Virus record (IMG/VR): IMGVR_UViG_3300014838_000016
Location: 23,699 to 87,698 of that record
Origin: a virus
Strand: one strand, 5' to 3'
DNA length: 64,000 nucleotides
Shown: positions 1-9,354 of the stretch, one piece after another
How positions within the stretch are numbered: the first letter of the stretch is position 1
Layout: every line of letters begins with the position of its first letter
Made by a program: the position numbers and the translations under genes
The notes under the pieces: model-generated
Told to the model about the DNA's origin: nothing
Database searches by the model: none
The model's input: only the letters and a program-made list of their open reading frames with translations

Positions 1-2
1 CT

Positions 3-116
3 CAGTGCGTGGATCAAATCAAGGTCGTGAAGGATGAAGCTCGCAAATCGAAGCGTCGTTGGTTCACGGCGGGCTTCATACTCGGGTTCATCGCGGAACA
101 CGCCTTGAAACTGTAA
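3..116 (+). CDS. 3' end of a gene entering the window; C-terminal hydrophobic segment (possibly spanin-like)
   Basis: Frame 3 reads QCVDQIKVVKDEARKSKRRWFTAGFILGFIAEHALKL*. Confidence 0.55.
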   Translation, partial: QCVDQIKVVKDEARKSKRRWFTAGFILGFIAEHALKL

Positions 117-155
117 AAATAATCCCTAGTTTTTCGTAAAATCTGGTATTAGGTA

Positions 156-548
156 ATGAGGAGAGCAACAACCATGAAAATCGTATTTCTATTCGACCAA
201 ACCGACGCCGATGGGAAAGTTGTAGCAACTGAAACCATTCCCTTCGTCACAACGCCCGACAAGCTTAACCTGCGGCAGCTTCAGCCCGGGGTATCGTCTC
301 TTGGGGTGCTTTTCGAGCAGAAGGATGAGAAGGGCGAGAACCAGCAATATTTCCGCCAGATCATCAATTTCCCCATCGATTTGAAGAAGCCCGAACCCCC
401 CGTGGTAGCTGCGGTCGGCACCGATGCCCAAGCTCCAGCGGCAACACCTGCGGCAGAGGCTCCAGCAACGCCGACCAACGGCGCGGCCACGGAAGTGACC
501 AAGCCAGTGGTCAAGAAGGCGAAGAAGAGCGCGAAAGTCACACAGTAA
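156..548 (+). CDS. hypothetical protein with Ala/Pro-rich and basic tail
   Basis: ORF; TAATG coupling to the next gene. Confidence 0.75.
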   Translation: MRRATTMKIVFLFDQTDADGKVVATETIPFVTTPDKLNLRQLQPGVSSLGVLFEQKDEKGENQQYFRQIINFPIDLKKPEPPVVAAVGTDAQAPAATPAAEAPATPTNGAATEVTKPVVKKAKKSAKVTQ

Positions 549-760
549 TGAAGCTGGAATTCTGTCCAACCATCGGGGAACGGCTCTACTACCTTGGCGA
601 TGCCGAGGACGAGAACGCCCCGATGTTGGAGCTTCGGTTTCAAAACGAATTTGCGACGGCTTTGACTGGCGATAGAAAGCGTGAAATTGCCAGAAAAACA
701 CTGAATTTCGCACTCACTCTGATGGATCAATCCTCGGTGGACATCGCTACGGAACTGTAA
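548..760 (+). CDS. hypothetical protein
   Basis: Translationally coupled ORF. Confidence 0.7.
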   Translation: MKLEFCPTIGERLYYLGDAEDENAPMLELRFQNEFATALTGDRKREIARKTLNFALTLMDQSSVDIATEL

Positions 761-774
761 GAGTAGGGACACTT

Positions 775-1428
775 ATGAAGGTCGAAAAAACAAACGTACA
801 TCGGCTAAGCGTGGAGCGTGAATGCGGCTGTCGAGCAGTAAGAGAGTTTTCTGACCCGCAATACAAAGACGCCATCGCCGAAGCCGTCTACTCGCCTTGC
901 AAGAAACACAAGGCGAACAAAGACCTCGCCGACATGATGACGATGATTATGGTTGAGGACGTGAACCGTGAAGCCGAGACACAATCGGCTGTGCCCGTTC
1001 ATTTGCACCCCATCCCCGTCGCCACTACGACGACCCTTGACGGCTCGTCTGGTGAAACCGTCACCAGTATACCCATCAGCCGTCCGCGACCTCGTGTACA
1101 AATCGCTGCCGCAGGGGGCAATGGTGGTGGAGCCCAAGCTCCGCAGAACGGTCCACGTCGTGACCCAACGCAAGTTCGCACCATCAACCGTGACCATAAT
1201 GTCGGTCGCCGTGCGGCTGTAACGGGCAGGACGCCTGTCACGGGGGTTACTGTTACGAATCCCGCAGGTCCACGTCGGCCTAACACAGTTCAAGTAGGTG
1301 AAATCGAACTCGAAACTCCGGGTATGGACATCCTCGATATGGACGGTGTTGCAGAAGACCCACGTGTAACACGTCTCACAGAAGATGCCCTTCTGCCAGA
1401 CCTCGAAGACGATCCAAGTCAGGCATAA
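775..1428 (+). CDS. hypothetical protein, N-terminal Cys motif and disordered C-terminus
   Basis: ORF with AGGGA SD-like site. Confidence 0.75.
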   Translation: MKVEKTNVHRLSVERECGCRAVREFSDPQYKDAIAEAVYSPCKKHKANKDLADMMTMIMVEDVNREAETQSAVPVHLHPIPVATTTTLDGSSGETVTSIPISRPRPRVQIAAAGGNGGGAQAPQNGPRRDPTQVRTINRDHNVGRRAAVTGRTPVTGVTVTNPAGPRRPNTVQVGEIELETPGMDILDMDGVAEDPRVTRLTEDALLPDLEDDPSQA

Positions 1429-1435
1429 GGACACC

Positions 1436-1822
1436 ATGCAAACCAACAAGAAATCAATCCGCAAAGACAAGGACGTAAAGCATTCTTCGAACTACGTCAA
1501 CCTCATCTTCGTTATCGCCCCCGACATCCCAACCTCGGAAGTCACGGCCTTGGAATGTCATTACGCGGAAGCACTCAACGATTCGAGATATACCGTCGTC
1601 ACGAACTACGATGTCGCTACGGTGAATATGTGTTGGGATCGAAAAATTGAGTTCCTTTCAATCAACGCCCCCGGCATCCCAACTTCGGAAGTGAAGATGT
1701 TGAAAAAGAAAGTCAAGCGTGCAATCGCACTCGCACACAAGACAAAGAGACCAGCCTTCGTCGTCACGAATTACAATCTCGCACTTGAGACTCGCCCATC
1801 CAACGGCGTAGTCGTTAATTAA
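1436..1822 (+). CDS. hypothetical protein made of two internal repeats
   Basis: AAGGA SD before ATG 1436; APxIPTSEV...VVTNY occurs twice. Confidence 0.75.
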   Translation: MQTNKKSIRKDKDVKHSSNYVNLIFVIAPDIPTSEVTALECHYAEALNDSRYTVVTNYDVATVNMCWDRKIEFLSINAPGIPTSEVKMLKKKVKRAIALAHKTKRPAFVVTNYNLALETRPSNGVVVN

Positions 1823-1830
1823 GGAGCACC

Positions 1831-2358
1831 ATGGCAACATCAATCGTTCCACAGGCAGTCCCCGCAGTTGTCGTGAAGAACCCTGACGGCACATACTCCG
1901 TCCGCGTCCAGCACACGCTGGAAGGCAACGTCACTGAAGTTCAGTTCCACAATCATGTTTTCGGCGAGGCATTGGCTAAGGCTTATGCCGCTTTTCTGAA
2001 TGGCGAAGCGAAGGTTGAAGCTGAGATCGAAAAGGTTCTTCCGAAGGCAAAGACCGACGTAGCCGATGCTAAGGCCGAAGCCAAAAAGATCATCGCTGAC
2101 GCCGAAGCTGAGGCTCAGAAGATCGTTGACGATACCAAAGCGCAGGTCAAGAAGCTCGTCGCCGACGCGAAGACGGAAGCTCAGGTTTGGATTGACGCCA
2201 CCATCGCCGACGCCGCAGTTGTGGCCGATGGGATCAAAGCCGATGCGAAAGCCGAAGCCGCGAAGCTTGTCGCCGATGCCAAGGCAGTCGTGCCCGCTAT
2301 CGAAGCCGACGCAAAGGAAGTTGTTGCTGACGTAAAGGCTGAAGTCGAGAAGCTGTAA
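1831..2358 (+). CDS. coiled-coil protein with ADAKAEA-type ~11-residue repeats
   Basis: AAGGAG SD; Ala/Lys/Asp/Glu repeats. Confidence 0.8.
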   Translation: MATSIVPQAVPAVVVKNPDGTYSVRVQHTLEGNVTEVQFHNHVFGEALAKAYAAFLNGEAKVEAEIEKVLPKAKTDVADAKAEAKKIIADAEAEAQKIVDDTKAQVKKLVADAKTEAQVWIDATIADAAVVADGIKADAKAEAAKLVADAKAVVPAIEADAKEVVADVKAEVEKL

Positions 2359-2564
2359 TGGCGGACGATCTTCCAGAGAGCACTTGTCATTTCAACGAAG
2401 AGTACCCCGTCGATCTCTACGACAAACCCATCGACCTGCGTCCTGTCCCGAAGGACGCCACACCCGAACAAATCCGTGAAGCTGCCATCCATGAATGCAT
2501 TGATTTTCTTCGGCAGAACTGTGATTATTTCGGTGTCACCCTCCTGAACGACCATCTTGGCTAA
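2358..2564 (+). CDS. hypothetical protein, paralogue of 29148..29312
   Basis: Shared DLYDxPIDLxPVPKDxTPEQ...CI...QNCDYFGV. Confidence 0.8.
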   Translation: MADDLPESTCHFNEEYPVDLYDKPIDLRPVPKDATPEQIREAAIHECIDFLRQNCDYFGVTLLNDHLG

Positions 2565-2600
2565 ACTTGGGGTTTTCTGGTATCTTTAGGTAGGGACCCC

Positions 2601-2999
2601 ATGAAGAAGACCAAGAAAATCCTCGAAGCCCACGCTAAAGCAGCCGCCGAAGAGCGGTACAGCATTGTGCTGAACAAAGAAGCTCGCCGCGAGATCGTTC
2701 AGAAAATCCAGACAGGGGAAGCCGACTTCGTATCCCGCACATCCAATAACCGCACACTCTGGAAGGTAGATCACCACGAAACGAGCCTGAACGTTGTTTA
2801 CGACAAGGCACGTCACGCGCTCGCCACAGTGCTGCCGCAGAATGCTTGGGAGTTCCAAACACCGCAGGCGGAAGTCAGTTGCAGTGTCACACCATCCACC
2901 ACTACACCAACCACGCAGCCGACATCAAGTGGCTGCATTGAATGCCCCGATAACCCATGCTCTTGCCCGGGTAATTGGAGCGACTGGAGCGACAAATAA
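2601..2999 (+). CDS. phage hypothetical protein
   Basis: ORF; HAxxxxxERY...VVYD...TVLP pattern. Confidence 0.7.
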   Translation: MKKTKKILEAHAKAAAEERYSIVLNKEARREIVQKIQTGEADFVSRTSNNRTLWKVDHHETSLNVVYDKARHALATVLPQNAWEFQTPQAEVSCSVTPSTTTPTTQPTSSGCIECPDNPCSCPGNWSDWSDK

Positions 3000-3193
3000 T
3001 GTGGGTCGATAGATTAGGACAACGCCGACACGAAGACGAAGACTACGACTCCGTAGAAGCGGACATCAAGAGAAGGTACGCACCTGAGCCATCCGTGTAC
3101 TGCACCAAATGCCATCTGCCGATAGCCGCCAAGTGGGGTATCACGCAACACAAAGTGTGCCCCGAAACAACGTCGAATCAGGACGGGCGATGA
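2999..3193 (+). CDS. small protein with CxxC...HxxC motif
   Basis: Coupled start at TAATG. Confidence 0.6.
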   Translation: MWVDRLGQRRHEDEDYDSVEADIKRRYAPEPSVYCTKCHLPIAAKWGITQHKVCPETTSNQDGR

Positions 3194-3459
3194 AAAAGTT
3201 GAAGCTGCTGATTCGTAAGAACCTCAAGATGAGTGCGAACAAAATAGGTGGGCAGTGCGCCCATGCCGCCATCGGTCTGTACAAGAAAGACCCGCAAGAG
3301 CACCACAAGTGCATCGTACTGGACGCCAGCGACAAGAAGTTCGATGAGGCTAAGGCCGCTCGCAATCCCTCGAAATACTACATCGTGGTGGACGCCGGTT
3401 ACACCGAGGTTCCCGCAGGCAGCGAGACCGTCATGGCTTGGTGGGAAGACGATATTTAG
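3190..3459 (+). CDS. pth2: peptidyl-tRNA hydrolase type 2 (compact)
   Basis: IRKNLKMSANKIGGQCAHAA, VVDAGYTEV and GSETV match the Pth2 motifs; ATGA overlap with the upstream gene. Confidence 0.88.
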   Translation: MKKLKLLIRKNLKMSANKIGGQCAHAAIGLYKKDPQEHHKCIVLDASDKKFDEAKAARNPSKYYIVVDAGYTEVPAGSETVMAWWEDDI

Positions 3460-3728
3460 TAGGGGATGCTCCAGTCGATCATACAGGGAGCAGGTGTGTC
3501 GGCTCCATCCAGTTTCCGCAGGAGCCCGATATGCCACTGCAAGAAGGCGTTGAGTTCTTCGAGGCTCGTGAACCATGGCGTCATGACGAAGCTGACTTCA
3601 TCGGTGCGGGAACCGAGGGCGACCGTGGGTCTGTAGCGAACGTCCCAATTGATCCTGTCGGCAATGGGCTCGATGTCGCACAGGATTTCTACGTCGAATA
3701 GGTTGCAAACTTCATCGATGAATCGCAT
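3456..3728 (-). CDS. hypothetical protein
   Basis: ORF in a short minus-strand operon. Confidence 0.6.
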   Translation of the reverse strand: MRFIDEVCNLFDVEILCDIEPIADRINWDVRYRPTVALGSRTDEVSFVMTPWFTSLEELNAFLQWHIGLLRKLDGADTPAPCMIDWSIPY

Positions 3729-3729
3729 C

Positions 3730-3879
3730 TCACCACGCCCTTTCGTAGGCCACTATCGCCATCACTAGCCACATTCCCTGCGTGCCCGCCTGTAGGTTAA
3801 TCAGGCGAGATACGAGACACGCCGCCATCGCCAACGTTCCGACCCACCACATCAGATCGTTCTTAACAGGAGGAATCAT
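3730..3879 (-). CDS. small membrane protein (not in ORF track)
   Basis: MIPPVKNDLMWWVGTLAMAACLVSRLINLQAGTQGMWLVMAIVAYERAW*; fills the gap in the operon. Confidence 0.6.
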   Translation of the reverse strand: MIPPVKNDLMWWVGTLAMAACLVSRLINLQAGTQGMWLVMAIVAYERAW

Positions 3880-3891
3880 GGTTCTTTCCAG

Positions 3892-4218
3892 TTACTTCGC
3901 GTACTGTGACATCCCGAGGTCTTGCACGGCCCTGCGCGGAATCTGCAACTCGGGGTGGTCGAGATAACGAGTTCCAGCAATCACCAGCATCGCCGTGAAG
4001 CGGTCGCTAACCTTGCGTTTGCCGCCCATCTTCGCCTCAGCTTCCATCATCAACTCGCTCATTTCCACGCCCTTGAAGTAGGGCAGGTTGTTCAACGCCA
4101 TCTTTACCCTGTCGGAGATATGCGGTGCGAGTTGAAGCGTCCCGCCCGCCGCAAACGGCATCCTGTCTTCGGGGGTAACACTACCACTGCTAGCGAATTC
4201 CATTCCATTGTATGTCAT
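3892..4218 (-). CDS. hypothetical protein
   Basis: AGGAGA SD upstream. Confidence 0.75.
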   Translation of the reverse strand: MTYNGMEFASSGSVTPEDRMPFAAGGTLQLAPHISDRVKMALNNLPYFKGVEMSELMMEAEAKMGGKRKVSDRFTAMLVIAGTRYLDHPELQIPRRAVQDLGMSQYAK

Positions 4219-4249
4219 AGTAATCTCCTGTACTGAATTTTGTGATCGA

Positions 4250-5080
4250 TTAACGAGCTTCCATCTCCGCGAGTTCGGCGGGAGTTAGTGGTTGCTTTTT
4301 GTAGCGGCGAAACCAAAACTTGCGAGCCTGCGACTCTTCCATTTCGCCGTCCATCGAGAAGTTCTCGGGGGCGAAGTTGCGGAGAGCGTTGATCATACGA
4401 TTTACATCGGTATCGCTCGGCTCGTTGCTACCAACCTCATGTGCTCCACCGTGCATGGAGATCGGACAACGAACTGCACGACCAGACGCCTGTACCATGT
4501 TATCCATCGCGGTGTAGTTGCTTAGGTCAGCGGGAATCGGTTGCTGTGAGCCGACGATAGGGGCCTGTCCTGCCGCCGCACCGACCTTGGTGATGCACTC
4601 GGGGCCGAAGCCGTTGTGCACCGAGGTCGGAACTGTCAGCTTGCGACCGCACCGAGCGCAGTGTGACGAGGGCCAGAATTCGAGTTTGTCAGGTACGATG
4701 TTGCCGACGAAGTTCGAAAACGCCCATGAGAACGCCTTCACTGAGGGGCTGTCCACGCGGTACCCCGCCTTGGGGCTGAACTTGAAGGTCTTGCGCTCGA
4801 AGATGGTGCCGACGAAACTGAAATTGTCGCTGTTGTCGGGTCCAGTGAGGACCGAGACGAAGAAGACTGGAGGACGGTTGTCGCCCGCCCGCTTTGCGGA
4901 TTCCGAAATCTTGTAGGTGAAACGCTCACCCGATGCCACACTTTGAAGAGTGAACGTGCTCTTGCCGCCGAAGATGTATTGCAGGATGACTTGGGCGTCG
5001 GTGAAAGCCTTTGGCGCATACCGCTCTTGAGCGTCAGCGATTCGGGTTTCAATGTTCTCGGCGTTAAGGTTGTCTTCCAT
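4250..5080 (-). CDS. DUF6011-like zinc-finger protein
   Basis: CARCGRKLTVPTSVHNGFGPEC and FVSVLTGPDN motifs; leaderless promoter. Confidence 0.8.
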   Translation of the reverse strand: MEDNLNAENIETRIADAQERYAPKAFTDAQVILQYIFGGKSTFTLQSVASGERFTYKISESAKRAGDNRPPVFFVSVLTGPDNSDNFSFVGTIFERKTFKFSPKAGYRVDSPSVKAFSWAFSNFVGNIVPDKLEFWPSSHCARCGRKLTVPTSVHNGFGPECITKVGAAAGQAPIVGSQQPIPADLSNYTAMDNMVQASGRAVRCPISMHGGAHEVGSNEPSDTDVNRMINALRNFAPENFSMDGEMEESQARKFWFRRYKKQPLTPAELAEMEAR

Positions 5081-5086
5081 GTGCCT

Positions 5087-5149
5087 ATTATACCCAAAAG
5101 GGAGGCGGAAACGATAGGAATTTTTTACCTATATTTGTTTTGTTTTCAA
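5087..5149 (-). promoter_or_regulatory. conserved phage promoter, leaderless
   Basis: TTGAAAA...TTCCTATCGTTT...TTTTGGGTATAAT, then 6 nt, then ATG. Confidence 0.8.
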
Positions 5150-5214
5150 CACATTATAGATACACGTATGTTTGAGTTTGTCGGGAACTGATTGTCTGGT
5201 ATATAATAGGGTTC

Positions 5215-5940
5215 ATGAGACGCGGCCTGATGCTGTTCGCAGTACTGTCGCTGGTGCCATTCGCTGGTGCCGTGCGGGTCGTCGTCCGCCGCCCACCCGT
5301 CCAAGTTGGCTGGCGGCACAAGCGTAAACCAAAACTCCTTCTTTATCGAGCGTTCCCACCCACCCATGAATCCTTAGTGCTTCAGAACGCCGAGGCGAAC
5401 CGTCTGGGACTCGAACGATACGCCGACAACAAGGCGATGGATGCGGCCATCGAGCGAGAAGAGTTGGTGCCCCTGCCCCTGAGCGTCAGCTTGGCGGTTG
5501 ACAGGCGGCTGGACCCGAAGCGGCGGTATTGCCGCCCGTGGGTCGCCGCGTTTCTGACCGACCTGAGTGACGCTTTCTACCGAGAATACCACCAGCCCCT
5601 TCTTATAGACTCGGCTGTCCGCACGGTGAAAGTCCAGCGGAGCCTATTGCGGTGGAACAAGAACGCTGCCCCCGCGCATGGAGAACTCGAATCGGTTCAC
5701 ATTGCGGGGATTGCCGTGGACATCGCTCGCCGTCCGTTGACCGGCAGCCAGATTCGTTGGTTGGAATGGCGGCTACTTTACTACCATGCATTGGGACTGG
5801 TGATCGCCGAAGAGGAACTCAAGCAGCCGTGCTTCCACATCGTTGTCAGCGGGGATTACCCAAATGGTTCAATTGGTGTACAATTGATTGAGTCGCCCGT
5901 GACGGTCGATACGATACCTGAGGAGGAACTGCCGCAGTGA
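5215..5940 (+). CDS. exported DUF5715-like / M15-type zinc peptidase (cell-wall hydrolase-like)
   Basis: Signal peptide; SAVRT..Q..L...N.NAA, SVHIAGIAVDI and CFHI motifs. Confidence 0.75.
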   Translation: MRRGLMLFAVLSLVPFAGAVRVVVRRPPVQVGWRHKRKPKLLLYRAFPPTHESLVLQNAEANRLGLERYADNKAMDAAIEREELVPLPLSVSLAVDRRLDPKRRYCRPWVAAFLTDLSDAFYREYHQPLLIDSAVRTVKVQRSLLRWNKNAAPAHGELESVHIAGIAVDIARRPLTGSQIRWLEWRLLYYHALGLVIAEEELKQPCFHIVVSGDYPNGSIGVQLIESPVTVDTIPEEELPQ

Positions 5941-6064
5941 AATGGTATTCGATTCTTGTGTTCGCATTAGCAGGTTGTTTGTTGTATGCTTTGTGGACAG
6001 CCAAGTCGGGGCGCGATTGCAGGCCCGACTATAGGCAGCGAGATTCAATGGCGGTAAATTGCAA

Positions 6065-6259
6065 ATGAAAGAGTTATCCGAAGCTGGCAAGGAAGAACTC
6101 GCGTTGGCGCTTCTCCTGTTGAAGGATTTCAAGAGTCAGGGCAAGATGGATTGGGAAGTGAGCATGATGGTGATCGGGCTCGCAGATCATTTGGGCGTGC
6201 GGGCACAGTTCGATAAGTTGATGCCTATCGTTCCGCCAATGAGAATCGAGCCAAGATAA
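6065..6259 (+). CDS. hypothetical protein
   Basis: ORF coupled to the next gene. Confidence 0.6.
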   Translation: MKELSEAGKEELALALLLLKDFKSQGKMDWEVSMMVIGLADHLGVRAQFDKLMPIVPPMRIEPR

Positions 6260-6441
6260 TGCCTATTTGCCCACCAAGACCGAAGGAAGAGCGCAAGAAA
6301 GACCGATGGGAGAACGTCGTCGGCAAGGCCCTTAAGAATTGGGTCACGGCAGTGATGGAGAAACGCGGCGTCACCCGCGAAGTGGCACGCAAGATTGTGC
6401 TGGACGATATCAAGATCATTGCGCTACAGGATGGGGTATGA
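6259..6441 (+). CDS. hypothetical protein
   Basis: Coupled ORF. Confidence 0.6.
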   Translation: MPICPPRPKEERKKDRWENVVGKALKNWVTAVMEKRGVTREVARKIVLDDIKIIALQDGV

Positions 6442-6749
6442 ACTACAAAGACGGAGACGGAACCTACCGCTTGGGCGACGACCGACGTGTCAAGGCGTCC
6501 GAATTAAAGGCGGGAGAAAGCATTGTCGTCGTTAACGGCAACAGTTCGTTGTACACCGTCTACCGTCCGCCGCGTCGGAAGAACGAGAGCCCAATCCAGT
6601 ATTACAAGCGCACGGGCTGCGTTGACAACCGCTACTATTTCAGGCACCAAGGGCGTTACTACTGCAATCCTGCCCACTGCCGTGTGACGTGGAAGGACAA
6701 GAAGAAGCGCGATGAACATCTTGGCATGGCCTATGCAATCCTCAGATAA
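6438..6749 (+). CDS. hypothetical protein
   Basis: ATGA overlap. Confidence 0.6.
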   Translation: MNYKDGDGTYRLGDDRRVKASELKAGESIVVVNGNSSLYTVYRPPRRKNESPIQYYKRTGCVDNRYYFRHQGRYYCNPAHCRVTWKDKKKRDEHLGMAYAILR

Positions 6750-6941
6750 TTTTTGGAAAGAATACGCTGGTGGAGCCTACCTTTCGCCTGAGGGCGTGAT
6801 TCTCCCAGCGTGGATATACATTCGCCCAGAAGATATTAAGCCGCCAAAAAAGCACGCAACGCCTCTGCAAGGAGGATTCCAATGCCTCTCGGCGGGGGTT
6901 AACAGTCGCCATGGAATCATGTAAGCTCAAGGAAGGACCTC

Positions 6942-7277
6942 ATGAACTACGACTCACCAGAAAACAGCATCAGTTTCAACATCAGCCTCGGTCTGCTCCC
7001 AACAGTGATCTTTGCCGTTGCTGTCGTAGCCAGTGCTCTTATGTTGGCCGCTCGTAAGCCCCAGCAGATCACGATACTGCCCGCCCCCGTGGTTTTACAG
7101 CCCATCGAAGTCCAAGTCCACAACCAGACGACTGTCCGCCCGCGTATCACTATCAAGAGGGTGGTTGTTCCCAAGGGAGCCCTGACACCCGATCCTGTGT
7201 TCCTGCACCGCACACCGATTATTCCAGATTCGTTGAAGAAAACGTCGGTCGTCATTGGGTTCGTCAATGCAGGCTGA
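6942..7277 (+). CDS. membrane-anchored hypothetical protein
   Basis: AAGGA SD; one hydrophobic helix. Confidence 0.7.
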   Translation: MNYDSPENSISFNISLGLLPTVIFAVAVVASALMLAARKPQQITILPAPVVLQPIEVQVHNQTTVRPRITIKRVVVPKGALTPDPVFLHRTPIIPDSLKKTSVVIGFVNAG

Positions 7278-7343
7278 GCCTAGCTGTTCTTAACCGTACT
7301 CATTTTGGGTACAGTTGTACCCACTTTGGGTACAGAGGGATTC

Positions 7344-7529
7344 ATGGGAACTAAAAAGCAAGCACGAGCCAAACTCAAAGCGATGAACATGAGGATCAAG
7401 ACGGCACTACATGTCTGGATTAAGAAGGGCGAAGACCTCGAAATCTTGATAGACAAGCGGGATCGTTTTCTCAAGAAATACAAGAAATTCATCGGGTCAG
7501 TCCCGAAACGTGGTATTAAAAAGGTATGA
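7344..7529 (+). CDS. small basic protein
   Basis: GAGGGA SD before ATG 7344. Confidence 0.6.
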   Translation: MGTKKQARAKLKAMNMRIKTALHVWIKKGEDLEILIDKRDRFLKKYKKFIGSVPKRGIKKV

Positions 7530-7906
7530 GGAAAGTTCCGTGCTTTAACCCCGACTGCTGGTCCCGCCGCATACACCATGAACGGCCCGACGAGCCCCGG
7601 GGTCAACGGTTCGTCGAAGTCCCCGATGATTGGGACGGCTCGCACGCATTTTGCTCCATGACGTGTGCAGTTGAATCGGGATTCATGTCACTGGTGCCTG
7701 CCGCTTACGGTCCCTGCAAGAAGTGTTTTGTGGCGGTCAAGGGTGAGGATGTCATTTACCATCATGGGACTTGGAAGTGCGTAAGGCCCGAGGTCACCGA
7801 GGAAGAGTTCCAGCGGCTTTGGATCGAGCGCGAAGAGCGGATGCAGAGATTTCGCGAGAAGTATCCGACTCCGACAGCGGAAGAGAGTCATGGACACGGG
7901 GTTTAA
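7526..7906 (+). CDS. Cys-rich hypothetical protein
   Basis: ATGA overlap; several CxxC-like motifs. Confidence 0.65.
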   Translation: MRKVPCFNPDCWSRRIHHERPDEPRGQRFVEVPDDWDGSHAFCSMTCAVESGFMSLVPAAYGPCKKCFVAVKGEDVIYHHGTWKCVRPEVTEEEFQRLWIEREERMQRFREKYPTPTAEESHGHGV

Positions 7907-7908
7907 CT

Positions 7909-8112
7909 ATGAGAGAATGGGGGGCTAGCATGAGTGTTATTTGCGGATCGCCGCACCCAAAGACGGGTGCTCTTTGCATAAAAGAAGAAGGTCACATCAA
8001 TGACCAAGACGCTCGGGTACAGCAGCATTTAGCGGCAGGCAACCTGAAGTGGCCTACGCTGCACGAACTCGACCCGAATGAAGGCTTTAACGACTACGTA
8101 ACCCGTCTGTAA
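7909..8112 (+). CDS. hypothetical protein
   Basis: ORF follows directly on the previous gene. Confidence 0.5.
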   Translation: MREWGASMSVICGSPHPKTGALCIKEEGHINDQDARVQQHLAAGNLKWPTLHELDPNEGFNDYVTRL

Positions 8113-8392
8113 CCCTTTCTCGTCTTCCCGTCCCTCTAGTAGGTGTGGGTCGGGAGGACGATCTTGTCTCAGAGGCTTGTACTGGAAATCCACCAAAAGT
8201 GCGAAGTCATCATTGAAGCCGTTGGGCGAGATCATGTCCGAATCCGTATCACAGAAACCAACCCTGAATTACTCTCTCCGACCGATTTTGAAATAGAGGG
8301 TGACCCGTGCCACATTTGGGAGGTCTTCACTTCTGCCGCGCTTGTCCTTGCCAATCTCGAAGAAATTTCACGGAGTAACCCCAGCTAAGTTT

Positions 8393-8653
8393 ATGCTCAG
8401 GACCTTCTGCTGCTTTTACTGCGGTCGCGAGTTAAGTAGGAAGAAGAAGACCCGTGACCATAAACAGCCCAAGAGCCGCAACGGTTCGGGTGGTAACGGT
8501 AACATCGTTGACGCCTGCCGTCCTTGCAATCAATTGAAGGGTTGTCTTTCTCTTGAAGAATTCCGTTTGGTGATCGCGTATCAACGCGGACTCGTCAAAC
8601 CTTCGACGATGCTCTTTCCCGGCGAAGAAAAACGTAAAGCCGCGAACGCTTAA
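8393..8653 (+). CDS. small HNH endonuclease
   Basis: CFYCG...TRDHKQPKSRNG...NIVDACRPCNQLKG. Confidence 0.8.
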   Translation: MLRTFCCFYCGRELSRKKKTRDHKQPKSRNGSGGNGNIVDACRPCNQLKGCLSLEEFRLVIAYQRGLVKPSTMLFPGEEKRKAANA

Positions 8654-8658
8654 GTGTT

Positions 8659-9354
8659 TTACCCCTGCATGAATGGCGGCATTTGCCACCAGCCAGAACC
8701 AGCGTTGCCTGCTGTTGGGGCGTAAAACGCCATTCCCATGCAGTGCCAAGAGGACTGGTTTTGGGTAAAGTCGGCACTGACTGCACCGTTGACGTTCAAC
8801 TGATATTCGCTCATGTCGCCGTTTTGGATGCCGCCCGGAGCGCCCGTCCAACCTCCCAATGTGCCGCCTGCGGTTGGAGCGGTGATGGTTCCGCCTGAAC
8901 CTGCCGCCATATAGACAAGGGAATTGGCGAAGTTGGGCGTGATGGTTGGCCCGTTAACGGTTGTGCTGCCCGGGCTGGCAAGCTGCTGTGCGGCGTCTTG
9001 GTCAAATTGCCACGCACCATCGGCGTGAAACTCATCAACGTACATGACCAAGTTCGAACCCGTCGTCCAAGACGCCGTTACGGTCGAACCCGACGTTGAG
9101 GCTGCATTGAGGTTGTAGAGCAAATAGGTACTCGCCGTGAAGCCCGTGAGAACCGTGGGGGAATGGGGTGTGAGGACGTAACTGAAGCTGCTACCGTCTG
9201 TTACGGTCAATGCAGTCACAGCTAACGCCATCTGAATCGCGACGAGGACAAGGTTGCCAGCGGTGATGGCACTGCCCAGCGTGACGGACATGGTTGTGAC
9301 CGTCGCAGGAGCTACGTTGAAGTTGCCCCCGCCCTGTACGTGATTCATCGCCAT
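8659..9354 (-). CDS. putative virion-associated beta-rich protein
   Basis: Thr/Ser/Gly-rich; last gene of the fibre island; coupled to the upstream gene. Confidence 0.7.
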   Translation of the reverse strand: MAMNHVQGGGNFNVAPATVTTMSVTLGSAITAGNLVLVAIQMALAVTALTVTDGSSFSYVLTPHSPTVLTGFTASTYLLYNLNAASTSGSTVTASWTTGSNLVMYVDEFHADGAWQFDQDAAQQLASPGSTTVNGPTITPNFANSLVYMAAGSGGTITAPTAGGTLGGWTGAPGGIQNGDMSEYQLNVNGAVSADFTQNQSSWHCMGMAFYAPTAGNAGSGWWQMPPFMQG

